DNA of 64,000 nucleotides, taken from assembly GCA_027343225.1 (NCBI GenBank), contig DAHWMK010000022.1, positions 6,849-70,848 of the forward strand. Reading direction: 5' to 3'. The DNA is from Thermoplasmatales archaeon. GTDB lineage: Archaea; Thermoplasmatota; Thermoplasmata; Thermoplasmatales; GCA-001856825. Positions 1-10,009 of the stretch are shown in pieces. The translations under genes and the position numbers were made by a program. Positions within the stretch are counted from its first letter, which is position 1. Each line of letters opens with the position of its first letter. The notes beneath the pieces were generated by a model. It saw only the letters and a program-made list of their open reading frames with translations, had not been told where the DNA came from and searched no databases.

Positions 1-956
1 ACCAGCCAGGCATGTTATTTCCCTTTGATGAAAAGTATCGGGAAACTGCAAAGGAAAATGTTGAGATGCTGAGAAGACTGGGCATAGAGGAAGTGGAACT
101 GTCTCCCAAAGAAATAGAAAGGCATTTCCCGGGGGCATCCCTGGAAGGATTCGACTATGTAGTTTTCGAACCACACGCCGGTTATGCTGATCCTGTGGCG
201 GTATCAAACTCATATGCAGAACAGGCAAGAAAGAATGGGGCAGTAGTGAAAATCGGAAGAGAGGTCATGAGAGTCGAGTCCAAGAAAGATGGAGTCTTGG
301 TCGATCTGAATGACGGCTCGAGTATATCAGGAAAAAAGGTTATACTTGCGACAAACGTTTGGACAAACAAGCTGCTAAGTAATTCTGGAATTTCGAAGGG
401 CAGTCTTCTCCGAATAACTGCTTCTCAGCACGCAGTGATATATCTAAAGAGGCCTCCCGTTTTTCAAGGGGAAAAGCCAATACTCTGGGACCCTCCGAAT
501 CTCGCTTACTATAAGATGGAGGGGTCATCCTTACTCGCTGTCGGCAGTCTAGACCCTGATATCGACAACAGACCGGTAGACCCTGAAGGTAATCTGCCGG
601 AAGTGGCAGACTACAATTACATTGAAGATTACGTTGGTCGACTGACAAGCAGAATACCCGGCATGGGAGATGCCACCATAGTATCATCCGTGACTGGACT
701 CTACGATATGACACCGGACGGGCAAGCGATAATATCCCCCCTAGAGAAGATTGGATTAGACGGAGTATTTGTTTGCGCGGGACTGAGTGGCCACGGGTTC
801 AAACTATCTCCCGCATACGGATTGATAACCTCAGAGATGGTAACGGACGTGGATCTAGATCGTGCAACATTTGACTGGAGAAACTTTAGTCCCGATCGGT
901 TTAGTCAAGGGAAATTGATTACGTCAAAGTACACGAAGATAGGTACTATCTATTAA
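1..956 (+). CDS. FAD-dependent oxidoreductase, DAO family (sarcosine oxidase beta / glycine oxidase-like); C-terminal part, 5' end lies outside the window
   Basis: The reading frame of ORF 12..956 is open back to the window edge (no stop in codons 3-11). The C-terminal GLSGHGFKLSPAYG motif and overall layout are typical of DAO-family flavoproteins. Confidence 0.7.
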   Translation, partial: QPGMLFPFDEKYRETAKENVEMLRRLGIEEVELSPKEIERHFPGASLEGFDYVVFEPHAGYADPVAVSNSYAEQARKNGAVVKIGREVMRVESKKDGVLVDLNDGSSISGKKVILATNVWTNKLLSNSGISKGSLLRITASQHAVIYLKRPPVFQGEKPILWDPPNLAYYKMEGSSLLAVGSLDPDIDNRPVDPEGNLPEVADYNYIEDYVGRLTSRIPGMGDATIVSSVTGLYDMTPDGQAIISPLEKIGLDGVFVCAGLSGHGFKLSPAYGLITSEMVTDVDLDRATFDWRNFSPDRFSQGKLITSKYTKIGTIY

Positions 957-994
957 CCTACCCATCGAGCAGAAACTTCGTCTAGCTCGAGAAT

Positions 995-1920
995 CTAGTC
1001 AGAAGATAAGCTCGAATAAAGGTACTTTGCGATTGCCAGATCTTCCAGCCCCACACCAATAGATTTGAAGTAGCTTCCTTCACGCCGAACGCCATTCCGC
1101 GACCTTATCTTTCCACTGACAAGGTCCGTAAATTGGTTTATGTCACCCCTTTTCAGGCAACCAGAGGATAGCGCATCAATTATTTCACCCGTGCTCTTTG
1201 ACGTCTCTTCTAGAGAATCTACAGCTACTACCCTGGATTCGCAGATAGTGGATCTCTCGATCTCTCTCATCTCGGGAGTATAGCTGCCGATTGAGTTAAT
1301 GTAACAGTCGCCCCTGATATATTTGTCATTTATCACTGGGGTACTGGAGGTGGTCGCAGTAATTATTATATCCGCTTCCCTGAAACTTTCACTCACTCGC
1401 TTATCCACAACGGTTTCTATCCCAAGACTCCCATAAATCTCATGCCTGAAAATCTCCAATTTGCTTTCGTCTATGTCGCTAGCTAATACTTTCTTTATCT
1501 GTCGAATCTGAGATATAGCTCTTATCTGTTCATAAGCCTGATAACCAACCCCTATGCATCCGAGTACGCTGGAATTCTTTGGAGAAAGAATGTCTGTTGC
1601 CAGAGCTGAGGCACCAGCTGTCCTGATTCTGGTTACTTTCCTTCCCGGAAAAATGGCTAGTATCTCAGAATTCTCTGTTGAAAAGAGGGAAATAAGAAAA
1701 TCTATCTTTTGACCGAAGAAGTACTGCTTTACAGCTCCTAAGTGCTCCTCTTCATCTATTCCCCCATTATGTCCAGGATCCCTTGCCCAGTCTCCAGCCT
1801 AGTCCTGTACAAGTTTCTTGACGTTCCTTTTTCAAGCTTGGCGAACTGTAACCTCAGTTCTTCAGAGATCGCTTTGTAGTTCTGGTCATCTGGAATATCC
1901 GAATCGCCGATTACAAGCAT
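995..1920 (-). pseudogene. Ornithine cyclodeaminase / mu-crystallin family (archaeal alanine dehydrogenase-like), interrupted by a 1-nt frameshift in a C5 run (1761-1765)
   Basis: ORF 995..1459 stays open in frame upstream to 1798, reading ...GAVKQYFFGQK...RIRTAGASALATDILSPKNSSVLGCIGVGYQAYEQI (the OCD Rossmann region). The N-terminal part (MLVIGDSDI...RLETGQGILDIMG, from ATG 1920) is in another frame and stops at TAG 1753-1755. One extra G/C in the run would join them as ...ILDIMGGIDEEEHLGAVK.... The 926-nt span is not a multiple of 3. Confidence 0.65.
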
Positions 1921-1930
1921 TTCTAGGGAA

Positions 1931-3532
1931 TTACTTTGCTCCTGTCGAGGAAACCTCCACATCTGCCCTGTACTCAGGGACTTCCAGTTTGGTTTTCAAT
2001 CCTGACATTACCCCAAGTGGGAAGAACACTGCCAGGGAAACCACTACGGTTATCGCAGTCGCTTCATAGAAAGATACCAGGTTCAGTGCGCCGTCACTTC
2101 CTATATAGGTCATGAACAGTAGGAAGGCTATATAAAAGATGTACCAGAGGGAATTAGGGAAATGCTTGAGGTCCCTTCTCCAGGTGCCTCTTGCGAATGG
2201 TACTATAATGCCGAATATTATGACTGCGGCCAGCAGAATCAGGACGGCATAGTATACCGTTATCCAACCGCTCCAGAACACAATCAGCGCTGCGGATGCA
2301 AATCCAAACACTGCGAGAACGGAACCGCCTGGTACCTTCCATTTTGTCTGCCCCTGCCTCCTTGTCACAACCAGTGCCACTGGGTTCACAGAGAATCCCA
2401 GGTAACCCGCTACAACAGCGTCCTCAATAAGGGTATATATATTCGGAAGGGGTGCAGCGAGGAAGGCAAGGAATGCTCCAACCAAGATCATTATAAGGAT
2501 TGCCCAGTAAGGAATTATGAATTTCTTGTGAAGGAATTTTGCAATCTGGGGCATAATCTGAGTCCTGCTCATCGCATACATTATCCTCGAGCCTCCCCCG
2601 ACGTAGATGTAACCTACCACGAAAGGACCTATGATCCCAATGATCAGGGTAAGAATGAACAGAAAAGGAGCATTGTAGCTGTGAGACATGGTGATGAATG
2701 GATTTCCAGATATCCCGCTTACACCTGCCCAGTTTCCAGGGGTAATGCCAAGTCTGTTCCAGTCTATACCGCTTACAAAGACGAAATCAAACAATAGGTA
2801 TATCAGAAGTTGGCCGACTACTACGATGACAATTGCAAGCGGAAGTTTCTTGAAGTTCTTGGATTCTTCTGCATAGTCCGGTAAGACCCTGATTCCTCCG
2901 AATGCGAACATTGCAAGAGGTGTTGCTGCGAAAATACCCGCTGCACCAAAAGGAGCCACTCCACCATATATCGTGAAGTTGACTGCGTGAAACACGACAG
3001 CCGCAAGTCCAAATGCGACAGCCAAGTAAAAAACAAGTTTTACAATTCCAAGGACAAGGGTGGACCTTCCGAAGACCTTTGTACCGAAATAATTGAACGG
3101 AAGCATTATGAGTAAGAGAAGTACGGCAAGTCCTGCCCCTAAAAACGTAGGGAATCCCTTTGCAGTTACCAGACTGGGATAGAAAATTGTGAGTCCATAA
3201 ACTATCGCAAACGCCTCAATGGGTGCGATGAAAAGATACCATATGAGATCAGCGAAGGAGTTTATCAAATTCGTGAACCAACCGTGAGTGTAAAGTACGT
3301 ACCTAGATGGCCCTCCTGCCTCAGGATATGTTGCGGACAGCTCTATATAAGTGAACCCAATAAACAAGTAAAAAATTCCTCCGAGTAACCACGAAAGAAG
3401 ACTGCCAGGGCCAGCGATCCCAGTCATTCCTGCAGTGGAAAATAGAACGCCAGTACCAATAGCCCCAACGATTCCTAGAATTACCAAGTCAAAAAAGGAG
3501 AGCTCTCTCTTGAGGTGCAAATTTTCTGACAT
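1931..3532 (-). CDS. APC-superfamily amino acid permease
   Basis: 533-aa polytopic membrane protein with about 12 hydrophobic segments. The N-terminal pattern LSFFDLVILGIVGAIGTGVLF...GPGS is typical of amino acid/polyamine transporters. Confidence 0.8.
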   Translation of the reverse strand: MSENLHLKRELSFFDLVILGIVGAIGTGVLFSTAGMTGIAGPGSLLSWLLGGIFYLFIGFTYIELSATYPEAGGPSRYVLYTHGWFTNLINSFADLIWYLFIAPIEAFAIVYGLTIFYPSLVTAKGFPTFLGAGLAVLLLLIMLPFNYFGTKVFGRSTLVLGIVKLVFYLAVAFGLAAVVFHAVNFTIYGGVAPFGAAGIFAATPLAMFAFGGIRVLPDYAEESKNFKKLPLAIVIVVVGQLLIYLLFDFVFVSGIDWNRLGITPGNWAGVSGISGNPFITMSHSYNAPFLFILTLIIGIIGPFVVGYIYVGGGSRIMYAMSRTQIMPQIAKFLHKKFIIPYWAILIMILVGAFLAFLAAPLPNIYTLIEDAVVAGYLGFSVNPVALVVTRRQGQTKWKVPGGSVLAVFGFASAALIVFWSGWITVYYAVLILLAAVIIFGIIVPFARGTWRRDLKHFPNSLWYIFYIAFLLFMTYIGSDGALNLVSFYEATAITVVVSLAVFFPLGVMSGLKTKLEVPEYRADVEVSSTGAK

Positions 3533-3715
3533 AGATTCAATTGATTTGGTCGTATTTAAACATTTTTGGTATCATTACATTTTAAACGGTAAGAACCAGC
3601 GGATTCCATTCATTTGACGAGAACGTAATTCAAGCAGCTCACAGAAAAGAGCTCGTTCCAAAAAATTACGGAACCAATCTTGAAAAGATTAAATGATACA
3701 TAGGATTAACCAGAT

Positions 3716-4129
3716 ATGAAACCAAGGGAACTGCCGATCAAGGAACTGATTGAGAAACTCAAAGAAGAACACGCTTCACTGCCTGCCACGATTGACGATG
3801 CAGTAATCACCTACAAGACAGGAAATCTGAGCGGAGCTTTTCCAGTCATTGCGGACGTCCGCGAAACCCTTTCACAGCACATCATTGATGAAGAGGGAGT
3901 ACTGCTTAAGTTTCTCATAGACAAAATTGGAAAAGAAGCCTCTGAGCCATACATTAAGATCCTTCAAGAGCACCCCAAGATCATGAAGCTGGTTGAGCAG
4001 TCAGTAGAGTCCACGTACACAGGATGGACGGAAACAGAAAATGATCTAAACATGTTGAAAGAGATGCTGGCAGAACATCACAAGCAAGAGGAAAATGAGC
4101 TCTATCCAAAGGTTGTTTCACTTCTCTGA
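3716..4129 (+). CDS. Hemerythrin-like (HHE cation-binding) domain protein
   Basis: 137-aa helical protein with H-x3-EE (HIIDEEGVL) and H-x2-x-EE-x-LYP (EHHKQEENELYPK) motifs, as seen in hemerythrin/HHE domains. Confidence 0.45.
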   Translation: MKPRELPIKELIEKLKEEHASLPATIDDAVITYKTGNLSGAFPVIADVRETLSQHIIDEEGVLLKFLIDKIGKEASEPYIKILQEHPKIMKLVEQSVESTYTGWTETENDLNMLKEMLAEHHKQEENELYPKVVSLL

Positions 4130-4242
4130 ATAACGTGTTGTCGTCGGTGATCCCGCATTCCTTTGCCATAGAATCTCCAATTGAATTTACATGGTCATGA
4201 AAGCGCTTGAAGCCATTTCTCCCAGAGTGCCTATAGGCATAT

Positions 4243-4282
4243 TTTTATATGCCTTTACCATTTTGAAAGGCGCCTTGAGGTG
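4243..4282 (+). promoter_or_regulatory. Candidate promoter TATA box (TTTTTATAT, 4243-4250) and Shine-Dalgarno (GAGGTGA, 4276-4282) for the S12-S7-EF2 unit
   Basis: An AT-rich TATA-like box lies about 40 nt upstream of the TTG start at 4289. GAGGTGA lies 6 nt upstream of that start. Confidence 0.4.
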
Positions 4283-4288
4283 AAATAA

Positions 4289-4717
4289 TTGCCTAACGGA
4301 CTAATGGGTGGAAAACAGGTTAGAATGAATAGGGACAAGTTACGATGGTCGGATAGAGATTATAAGAGAAGAGTATTGAGACTGAAGGTAAAGAGCGATC
4401 CTCTGGAAGGTGCCCCGCAGGCAAGAGGTATCGTCATAGAAAAAGTTGGAATAGAAGCGAAACAGCCTAATTCTGCAATAAGGAAGTGTGTCAAGATACA
4501 ATTGATAAAGAACGGCAGGCAGCTGACTGCATTTGCGCCTGGAGACGGTGCAATCAATTTCATCGACGAACACGACGAGGTTGTAGTGGAAGGAATTGGG
4601 GGGAGAATGGGCAGATCAAAGGGAGATATTCCAGGAGTGAGATACAAGGTCATAAAGGTCAACAACGTTTCCCTCAAAGAGCTGGTGAAAGGGAGAAAGG
4701 AGAAACCGGTCAGGTGA
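4289..4717 (+). CDS. rps12: 30S ribosomal protein S12 (uS12)
   Basis: [48 protein letters not shown]...[14 protein letters not shown] is the unmistakable archaeal S12 core. The TTG start at 4289 is supported by the upstream GAGGTGA; ATG 4304 is an alternative. Confidence 0.95.
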   Translation: MPNGLMGGKQVRMNRDKLRWSDRDYKRRVLRLKVKSDPLEGAPQARGIVIEKVGIEAKQPNSAIRKCVKIQLIKNGRQLTAFAPGDGAINFIDEHDEVVVEGIGGRMGRSKGDIPGVRYKVIKVNNVSLKELVKGRKEKPVR

Positions 4718-4722
4718 GTCAA

Positions 4723-5289
4723 ATGGCAGGTATTCTCGTTTTTGAAAAGTGGGAGACTGAAGGAATATCTATCGTGGATCCAGGTCTCACCAAGTACATA
4801 TCCCTGAAGCCAACAGCAACGCTTCACAGTGGTGGAAAGCACGCGAACAAGTTCATGGGAAAGGCACAGATGAATGTGGTTGAAAGACTGATAAACAACC
4901 TCATGCGAACCATTAGGTGGACTGGGAAGAAGCAGAGTGCATATAGGACAGTGAAACTTGCCTTTGAGATCGTTGAGAAGAAGACGAAAGAAAACCCAGT
5001 TCAGGTATACGTCAACGCGATCCAGAACGCAGGTCCAAGAGAGGAGATCACCAGACTTAAATACGGTGGAATTGCCGTACCAAAGTCGGTAGATACCAGT
5101 TCCTCAAGGAGACTTGATCTTGCGATACGAAACATTTCTTTCGGAGCAAGACAGACTGCGAAAAAAACGAAGAAGAACATGAAGGATGCTCTCGCGGATG
5201 AGATTATTGCAGCTGCTAAAAACGATCCGAACTGTTACTCTATAAAAGAGAAGGACGACAAGGAAAGACAGGCTGCCTCAGCTAGGTGA
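4723..5289 (+). CDS. rps7: 30S ribosomal protein S7 (uS7)
   Basis: The internal ATG at 4723 (MAGILVFEKWETEGISIVDPGLTKYISLKP...) starts 6 nt after the S12 stop. The rest of listed ORF 4486..5289 is an out-of-frame overlap with S12. Confidence 0.9.
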   Translation: MAGILVFEKWETEGISIVDPGLTKYISLKPTATLHSGGKHANKFMGKAQMNVVERLINNLMRTIRWTGKKQSAYRTVKLAFEIVEKKTKENPVQVYVNAIQNAGPREEITRLKYGGIAVPKSVDTSSSRRLDLAIRNISFGARQTAKKTKKNMKDALADEIIAAAKNDPNCYSIKEKDDKERQAASAR

Positions 5290-5295
5290 TTTTGG

Positions 5296-7500
5296 ATGGG
5301 AAGAAAAGAGGACAACATTCAGAAAGCTTCTGAAATAATGAAGGATATAACCAGGATTAGAAACATTGGAATAGCTGCACACATAGATCACGGCAAGACT
5401 ACGTTGTCTGATAACCTGATAGCAGGCGCAGGCATGATGAGCGAGGAACTGGCGGGAAAACAGCTTGTCCTCGACTTCGATGAGCAGGAGCAGGCTAGGG
5501 GAATCACAATAAATGCTGCATCTGCGTCAATGGTTCACGAGGTCGAAGGGACAACATATCTTGTAAATCTGATAGACACTCCCGGACACGTAGACTTCGG
5601 CGGAGACGTTACGAGAGCGATGAGGGCAGTGGACGGTGCAGTCATAGTGGTTGATTCAGTTGAGGGACCAATGCCCCAGACCGAGACCGTCATCCGTCAG
5701 GCTCTTAGGGAGAAGGTCAAACCAATACTCTTCATAAACAAGGTCGACAGACTGATAAATGAACTGAAACTCGGCCCAGAGGATATGATGAAGAGGTTCG
5801 TCAAGATAATCACTGAGGTTAACAGGCTTTTGAAAAGATATGCCCCGGAGGAATTCAAGGATTCGTGGCAGGTCAACGTAGAGAATGGGTCAGTTATTTT
5901 CGGTTCTGCGTTCAACAACTGGGCTGTTTCAACCAAATATACTCCCAGATCATCGATAGGTTTCAAGGAGGTCTATCAGCATCTCCAAGCCGGTGACCAG
6001 AAGACCCTGGCCAAAAAATCCCCACTGCACAAAGTTCTCCTGGACGCAGTGGTGCATCACCTTCCTTCTCCGAAGGTAGCTCAGGTCTACAGGATTCCAC
6101 AGATATGGAAGGGAGATATAACGTCTGAAGTTGGAAAGGCAATGACGACCTGTGATTCGAATGGTCCGGTAATGATGATGATCACCAAGATTATAATTGA
6201 TGAGCACGCGGGAGAGGTTGCTGTTGGAAGACTCTTCAGTGGAAAACTAGTGAAGGGCGTCGAGCTTTATATTTCCGGTACAGGGGATAAAAAGTACAAG
6301 GTACAGCAGTTGGCAATGATGGTTGGTCCGGACAGGATACCGGTAGATGAGATGGATGCTGGAAATATCCCTGCAGTTGTGGGCCTCAAGGATGCAATCG
6401 CAGGATCTACCGTGTCAAGTATAGGGAACATGGAAGTTTTCGAACCGATGGTCCACTATTCTGAGCCGGTCGTCACGGTGGCGATAGAAGCAAAGCATAC
6501 TAAGGATCTTCCCAGGCTCATAGAGGTTCTGAGAACAATTGCAAAGGCTGACCCTAGTATCGAGGTAGAAATTAATCAGGAAACAGGAGAGCACCTGATG
6601 TCGGGTATGGGAGAACTGCACCTGGACGTTACACTCTACAGAATAAAGAACGATCACAAGGTAGAAGTGGATACCTCCGATCCGATAGTAGTATACAGGG
6701 AAACAGTCCAGACCAAAGGTGGGCCGTTCGAAGGAAAGTCTCCGAACAAGCACAACAGGTTCTATGTTGAAGTTGAACCTTTAGAAAAACCAATTGTGGA
6801 AGCAATCCTCAAGGGTGACATTGCACAGGCTGATAGGATAAAGGATAAGAAGGCTGTAATTGCGACACTTCAGGGACTGGGACTAGATAGGGACGAGGCG
6901 AAGGGGATAGAAGCAGTTCATGGTCCGAATGTTCTCCTCGACATGACAAAGGGTATTCAGTACTTGAGTGAAACTATGGAGTTAGTAAAGGAGGCATTCA
7001 CGGAAGCAATGGATAGGGGACCCCTTGCAAACGAGAGAGTGTACGGAGTCAAAGTCATGTTAGTAGACGCGAAGCTACACGAGGACAGCATTCACAGGGG
7101 GCCAGCTCAGGTAATACCTGCTGTGAGGAATGCCATATACGGGGCGATGTGCATGGCAAACCGAATACTTCTAGAACCCATTCAGAAAGTCTTCGTAGAT
7201 ACCCCTTTAGAGGAATCAGGATCGGTAACTAGGGAATTCCAGCAGAGAAGGGGGGTCATTACTGAAATGGAGCAGGAAGGAGAACAGTCCAAGATTTCTG
7301 CGATGGTTCCTGTACCCGAAATGTTTGGGTTTGCATCAGCGATAAGAGGTGCCACAGGAGGAAGAGTGCTCTGGTCCACGGAGAATCACGGTCACCAGAT
7401 GGTGCCGAGGGACTTGCAGGCACAAGTAGTCGCTAAGATCAGGGAGAGAAAAGGGCTAAAGCCAGAACCCTACGACGCGAAATACTACGCAGAGCTTTGA
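5296..7500 (+). CDS. fusA: Translation elongation factor 2 (aEF-2)
   Basis: GTPase motifs AHIDHGKTT, DTPGHVDF and NKVDR, plus the diphthamide-region EDSIHRGPAQVIPA. 734 aa. Confidence 0.97.
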   Translation: MGRKEDNIQKASEIMKDITRIRNIGIAAHIDHGKTTLSDNLIAGAGMMSEELAGKQLVLDFDEQEQARGITINAASASMVHEVEGTTYLVNLIDTPGHVDFGGDVTRAMRAVDGAVIVVDSVEGPMPQTETVIRQALREKVKPILFINKVDRLINELKLGPEDMMKRFVKIITEVNRLLKRYAPEEFKDSWQVNVENGSVIFGSAFNNWAVSTKYTPRSSIGFKEVYQHLQAGDQKTLAKKSPLHKVLLDAVVHHLPSPKVAQVYRIPQIWKGDITSEVGKAMTTCDSNGPVMMMITKIIIDEHAGEVAVGRLFSGKLVKGVELYISGTGDKKYKVQQLAMMVGPDRIPVDEMDAGNIPAVVGLKDAIAGSTVSSIGNMEVFEPMVHYSEPVVTVAIEAKHTKDLPRLIEVLRTIAKADPSIEVEINQETGEHLMSGMGELHLDVTLYRIKNDHKVEVDTSDPIVVYRETVQTKGGPFEGKSPNKHNRFYVEVEPLEKPIVEAILKGDIAQADRIKDKKAVIATLQGLGLDRDEAKGIEAVHGPNVLLDMTKGIQYLSETMELVKEAFTEAMDRGPLANERVYGVKVMLVDAKLHEDSIHRGPAQVIPAVRNAIYGAMCMANRILLEPIQKVFVDTPLEESGSVTREFQQRRGVITEMEQEGEQSKISAMVPVPEMFGFASAIRGATGGRVLWSTENHGHQMVPRDLQAQVVAKIRERKGLKPEPYDAKYYAEL

Positions 7501-7524
7501 GTTTTCTTATATCATCCCCAATGG

Positions 7525-7567
7525 AGGAACCCTGTTCCTTCTTTTCCATATTTTTTGAGTTCTTTTT
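7525..7567 (+). terminator. Candidate terminator after fusA: hairpin AGGAAC-CCT-GTTCCT (7525-7539) followed by T tracts (TTTTTT at 7551-7556, TTTTT at 7563-7567)
   Basis: A perfect 6-bp stem and downstream oligo-T runs sit 25-67 nt after the fusA stop. Oligo-T is the known archaeal termination signal. Confidence 0.4.
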
Positions 7568-7615
7568 AGGATTCTGCCAAAAGACAATTTAATACCAAGG
7601 AATGATAATCAGAAA

Positions 7616-8197
7616 ATGTATCCGGGCCTGATATACATAGGGATAGCCGTAGTTATAGCATCCCTTCACATGGTCGCCCCGGATCACTGGCTTCCTCTAA
7701 CGGCTCTGTCAGTAAAGAGAAATTATACGAAGAGAAGAGTCCTGGGAATCTCTGCACTCCTGGGATTTCTTCATGGGTCCTCTTCCGTAATCCTATCACT
7801 GTTTGCCCTCTTCCTCGGAGTGAACATTTTTGGAATCAACTCGCTTAAAGAAGTTTCCATCATTGTGTTAGTAGCAGTAGGGGTTTACGTTCTGGTAAAC
7901 AGTATCAGAGAAGGAAGGAAGATCAAGAACATAGAGGGCACTTCCCTTCTGGTGAGCATTTTTCCCGATCCAGTACTTTTGCCAATAATAATAGCATCGT
8001 TCCGTTTTGGAAACTCGGAGATAGCATTTGTGAGCATCGCTTTTGTCGTAACAAGCATTGCCGCACTGTTGTTGGTGTTGGATGTAGTAATGATAGGGGT
8101 TGTGAGGAGTCTCTCTAGATTAAAGCCTTCGACAGTCGATTTGTTTGTCGTTCTTGCACTTTTCCTGACTGCAGTTTACATACTCTTCTTCGGGTGA
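7616..8197 (+). CDS. Integral membrane protein of unknown function (about 6 TM), with HxxxPDH motif in TM1
   Basis: 193-aa hydrophobic ORF. The SLHMVAPDHWLP motif loosely resembles metal-transporter (NicO/RcnA-type HxxxPGH) signatures, but the assignment is not secure. Confidence 0.6.
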   Translation: MYPGLIYIGIAVVIASLHMVAPDHWLPLTALSVKRNYTKRRVLGISALLGFLHGSSSVILSLFALFLGVNIFGINSLKEVSIIVLVAVGVYVLVNSIREGRKIKNIEGTSLLVSIFPDPVLLPIIIASFRFGNSEIAFVSIAFVVTSIAALLLVLDVVMIGVVRSLSRLKPSTVDLFVVLALFLTAVYILFFG

Positions 8198-8328
8198 CAG
8201 ATTCCGGAGAAATGGACTACCGCCCGCAATCCGCACGGTCAATGTGTGGGACCAGAAACTGACACAACAAAGGATATATACGGAGATAAAATAGGCGGTA
8301 GCTAAGTATAATATGGAGGCACAATAGT

Positions 8329-9609
8329 ATGGCTACGCAAAAACCACATCTGAATCTCGTAACCATTGGTCACGTTGATCATGGTAAGTCGACCACAGTA
8401 GGAAGACTTCTATTCGAGCACGGAGAAATTCCGGCTCACATTATTGAGGAGTACAAGAAAGAGGCAGAAGAGAAAGGGAAAGCAACGTTCGAGTTCGCTT
8501 GGGTTATGGATAGGCTCAAAGAGGAAAGGGAGAGAGGCGTCACCATAGACGTCGCACACAGGAAATTTGAAACAGACAAGTATTACTTCACTCTCATAGA
8601 TGCTCCCGGTCACAGGGACTTCGTAAAGAACATGATTACTGGAACGAGCCAGGCTGACGCTGCATTGCTAGTAGTTTCGGCTAGAGACGGAGAGGGAGTA
8701 ATGGCCCAAACGAGGGAACACGTTTTTCTCGCGAGAACGCTAGGAGTTGCGCAGTTGATAGTCCTAGTAAACAAGATGGACGCTACTCAGCCGCCTTACT
8801 CTCAAAAGAGGTTTGAGGAAGTCAAGAAACAGATCGAACAGCTCCTGCTCTCAGTAGGATACAAGAACGTACCGATTGTCCCAACGTCAGGATACAAAGG
8901 AGACAACATCATGAAGAAGAGTGCAAATCTGTCGTGGTGGACAGGCCCGACCGTTCTCGATCTCCTGAATCAACTCACAATTCCACCAAAGCCAACAGAC
9001 AAGCCGCTAAGGCTCCCAGTGCAGGACGTTTATTCCATCACTGGAATTGGAACGGTTCCTGTAGGAAGAGTCGAGACAGGCATCATGAAAATTGGGGATA
9101 ACATCATATTTGAGCCTTCTCACAAGGTGGGAGAGGTAAAATCTATCGAAGAACATCACGAACAGATTCAACAGGCTGAACCCGGAGACAACGTAGGATT
9201 CAACGTAAGAGGAATTGCCAAGACGGACATAAGGAGAGGAGACGTTGCAGGTCTCGTTTCTAGTCCTCCAACAGTAGTTTCTAGTTTCACGGGACAGATA
9301 GTAGTTCTCAACCATCCTTCGATCATCGCCGCTGGATACACTCCAGTATTCCACACCCATACCGCTCAGGTCGCATGCACGATCACAGAAATTATAAAGA
9401 CAATCGATCCAAGGCAGGGAACGACAAAGGAAGATCATCCGCAGCACATCCAAACGGGTGATGCGGCTATAGTCAAGATCGTTCCTTCAAAACCCATGGT
9501 CATTGAAAAAATGTCTGAGTTTCCACCAATGGCGAGGTTTGCAGTAAGAGACATGGGACAAACGGTGGCAGCGGGACAGTGCATTGATCTGGAAAAGAAA
9601 ACACAGTAG
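8329..9609 (+). CDS. tuf: Translation elongation factor 1-alpha (aEF-1alpha)
   Basis: [17 protein letters not shown] and NKMD motifs. 426 aa. GGAGG lies 10 nt upstream of the ATG. Confidence 0.97.
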   Translation: MATQKPHLNLVTIGHVDHGKSTTVGRLLFEHGEIPAHIIEEYKKEAEEKGKATFEFAWVMDRLKEERERGVTIDVAHRKFETDKYYFTLIDAPGHRDFVKNMITGTSQADAALLVVSARDGEGVMAQTREHVFLARTLGVAQLIVLVNKMDATQPPYSQKRFEEVKKQIEQLLLSVGYKNVPIVPTSGYKGDNIMKKSANLSWWTGPTVLDLLNQLTIPPKPTDKPLRLPVQDVYSITGIGTVPVGRVETGIMKIGDNIIFEPSHKVGEVKSIEEHHEQIQQAEPGDNVGFNVRGIAKTDIRRGDVAGLVSSPPTVVSSFTGQIVVLNHPSIIAAGYTPVFHTHTAQVACTITEIIKTIDPRQGTTKEDHPQHIQTGDAAIVKIVPSKPMVIEKMSEFPPMARFAVRDMGQTVAAGQCIDLEKKTQ

Positions 9610-9618
9610 TGAACCTCA

Positions 9619-9933
9619 ATGCCTTCCTACCGAATGAAGATATCACTGTCCGGAACCGATGTAAAGAAAGTCGATAACGTTTGTACTGAAATTCGGCAGC
9701 TCGCTGGCAGGACAGGCGTAGAAATGAAGGGACCGATTCCACTTCTAACGAAGAGGCTCGTTGTGCCTATCAGGAAAGCCCCCAATGGGGCTGGAACAGC
9801 CACCTGGGACAGATGGGAAATGAGAGTTCACAGGAGGCTAATTTACATTGACGCAGACGAGAGGACAATAAGACAAGTGATGAGGATACAGCTTCCCGAT
9901 GGTATAAACATTGAAGTGAAACTTCAATCGTAG
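9619..9933 (+). CDS. rps10: 30S ribosomal protein S10 (uS10)
   Basis: 104 aa, starting 10 nt after the tuf stop. [19 protein letters not shown]...[36 protein letters not shown] matches the archaeal S10 pattern. Confidence 0.93.
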   Translation: MPSYRMKISLSGTDVKKVDNVCTEIRQLAGRTGVEMKGPIPLLTKRLVVPIRKAPNGAGTATWDRWEMRVHRRLIYIDADERTIRQVMRIQLPDGINIEVKLQS

Positions 9934-9950
9934 TTTTATCCTTTTTATTC
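9934..9950 (+). terminator. Candidate oligo-T terminator after rps10 (TTTTATCCTTTTTATTC)
   Basis: T tracts immediately follow the TAG stop at 9931-9933. Confidence 0.3.
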
Positions 9951-10009
9951 CCTTATAATTCCACCAAGCTTGGAGAGTTTTTTGAAACAAAAAGAGACGA
10001 TAAGATTAG

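Noticed and set aside
4486-4722. The 5' extension of the listed 267-aa ORF (4486..5289) overlapping the rps12 coding region
   Set aside because: The translated extension ([21 protein letters not shown]...) is an out-of-frame read-through of S12. The genuine S7 sequence starts at ATG 4723, 6 nt after the S12 stop.
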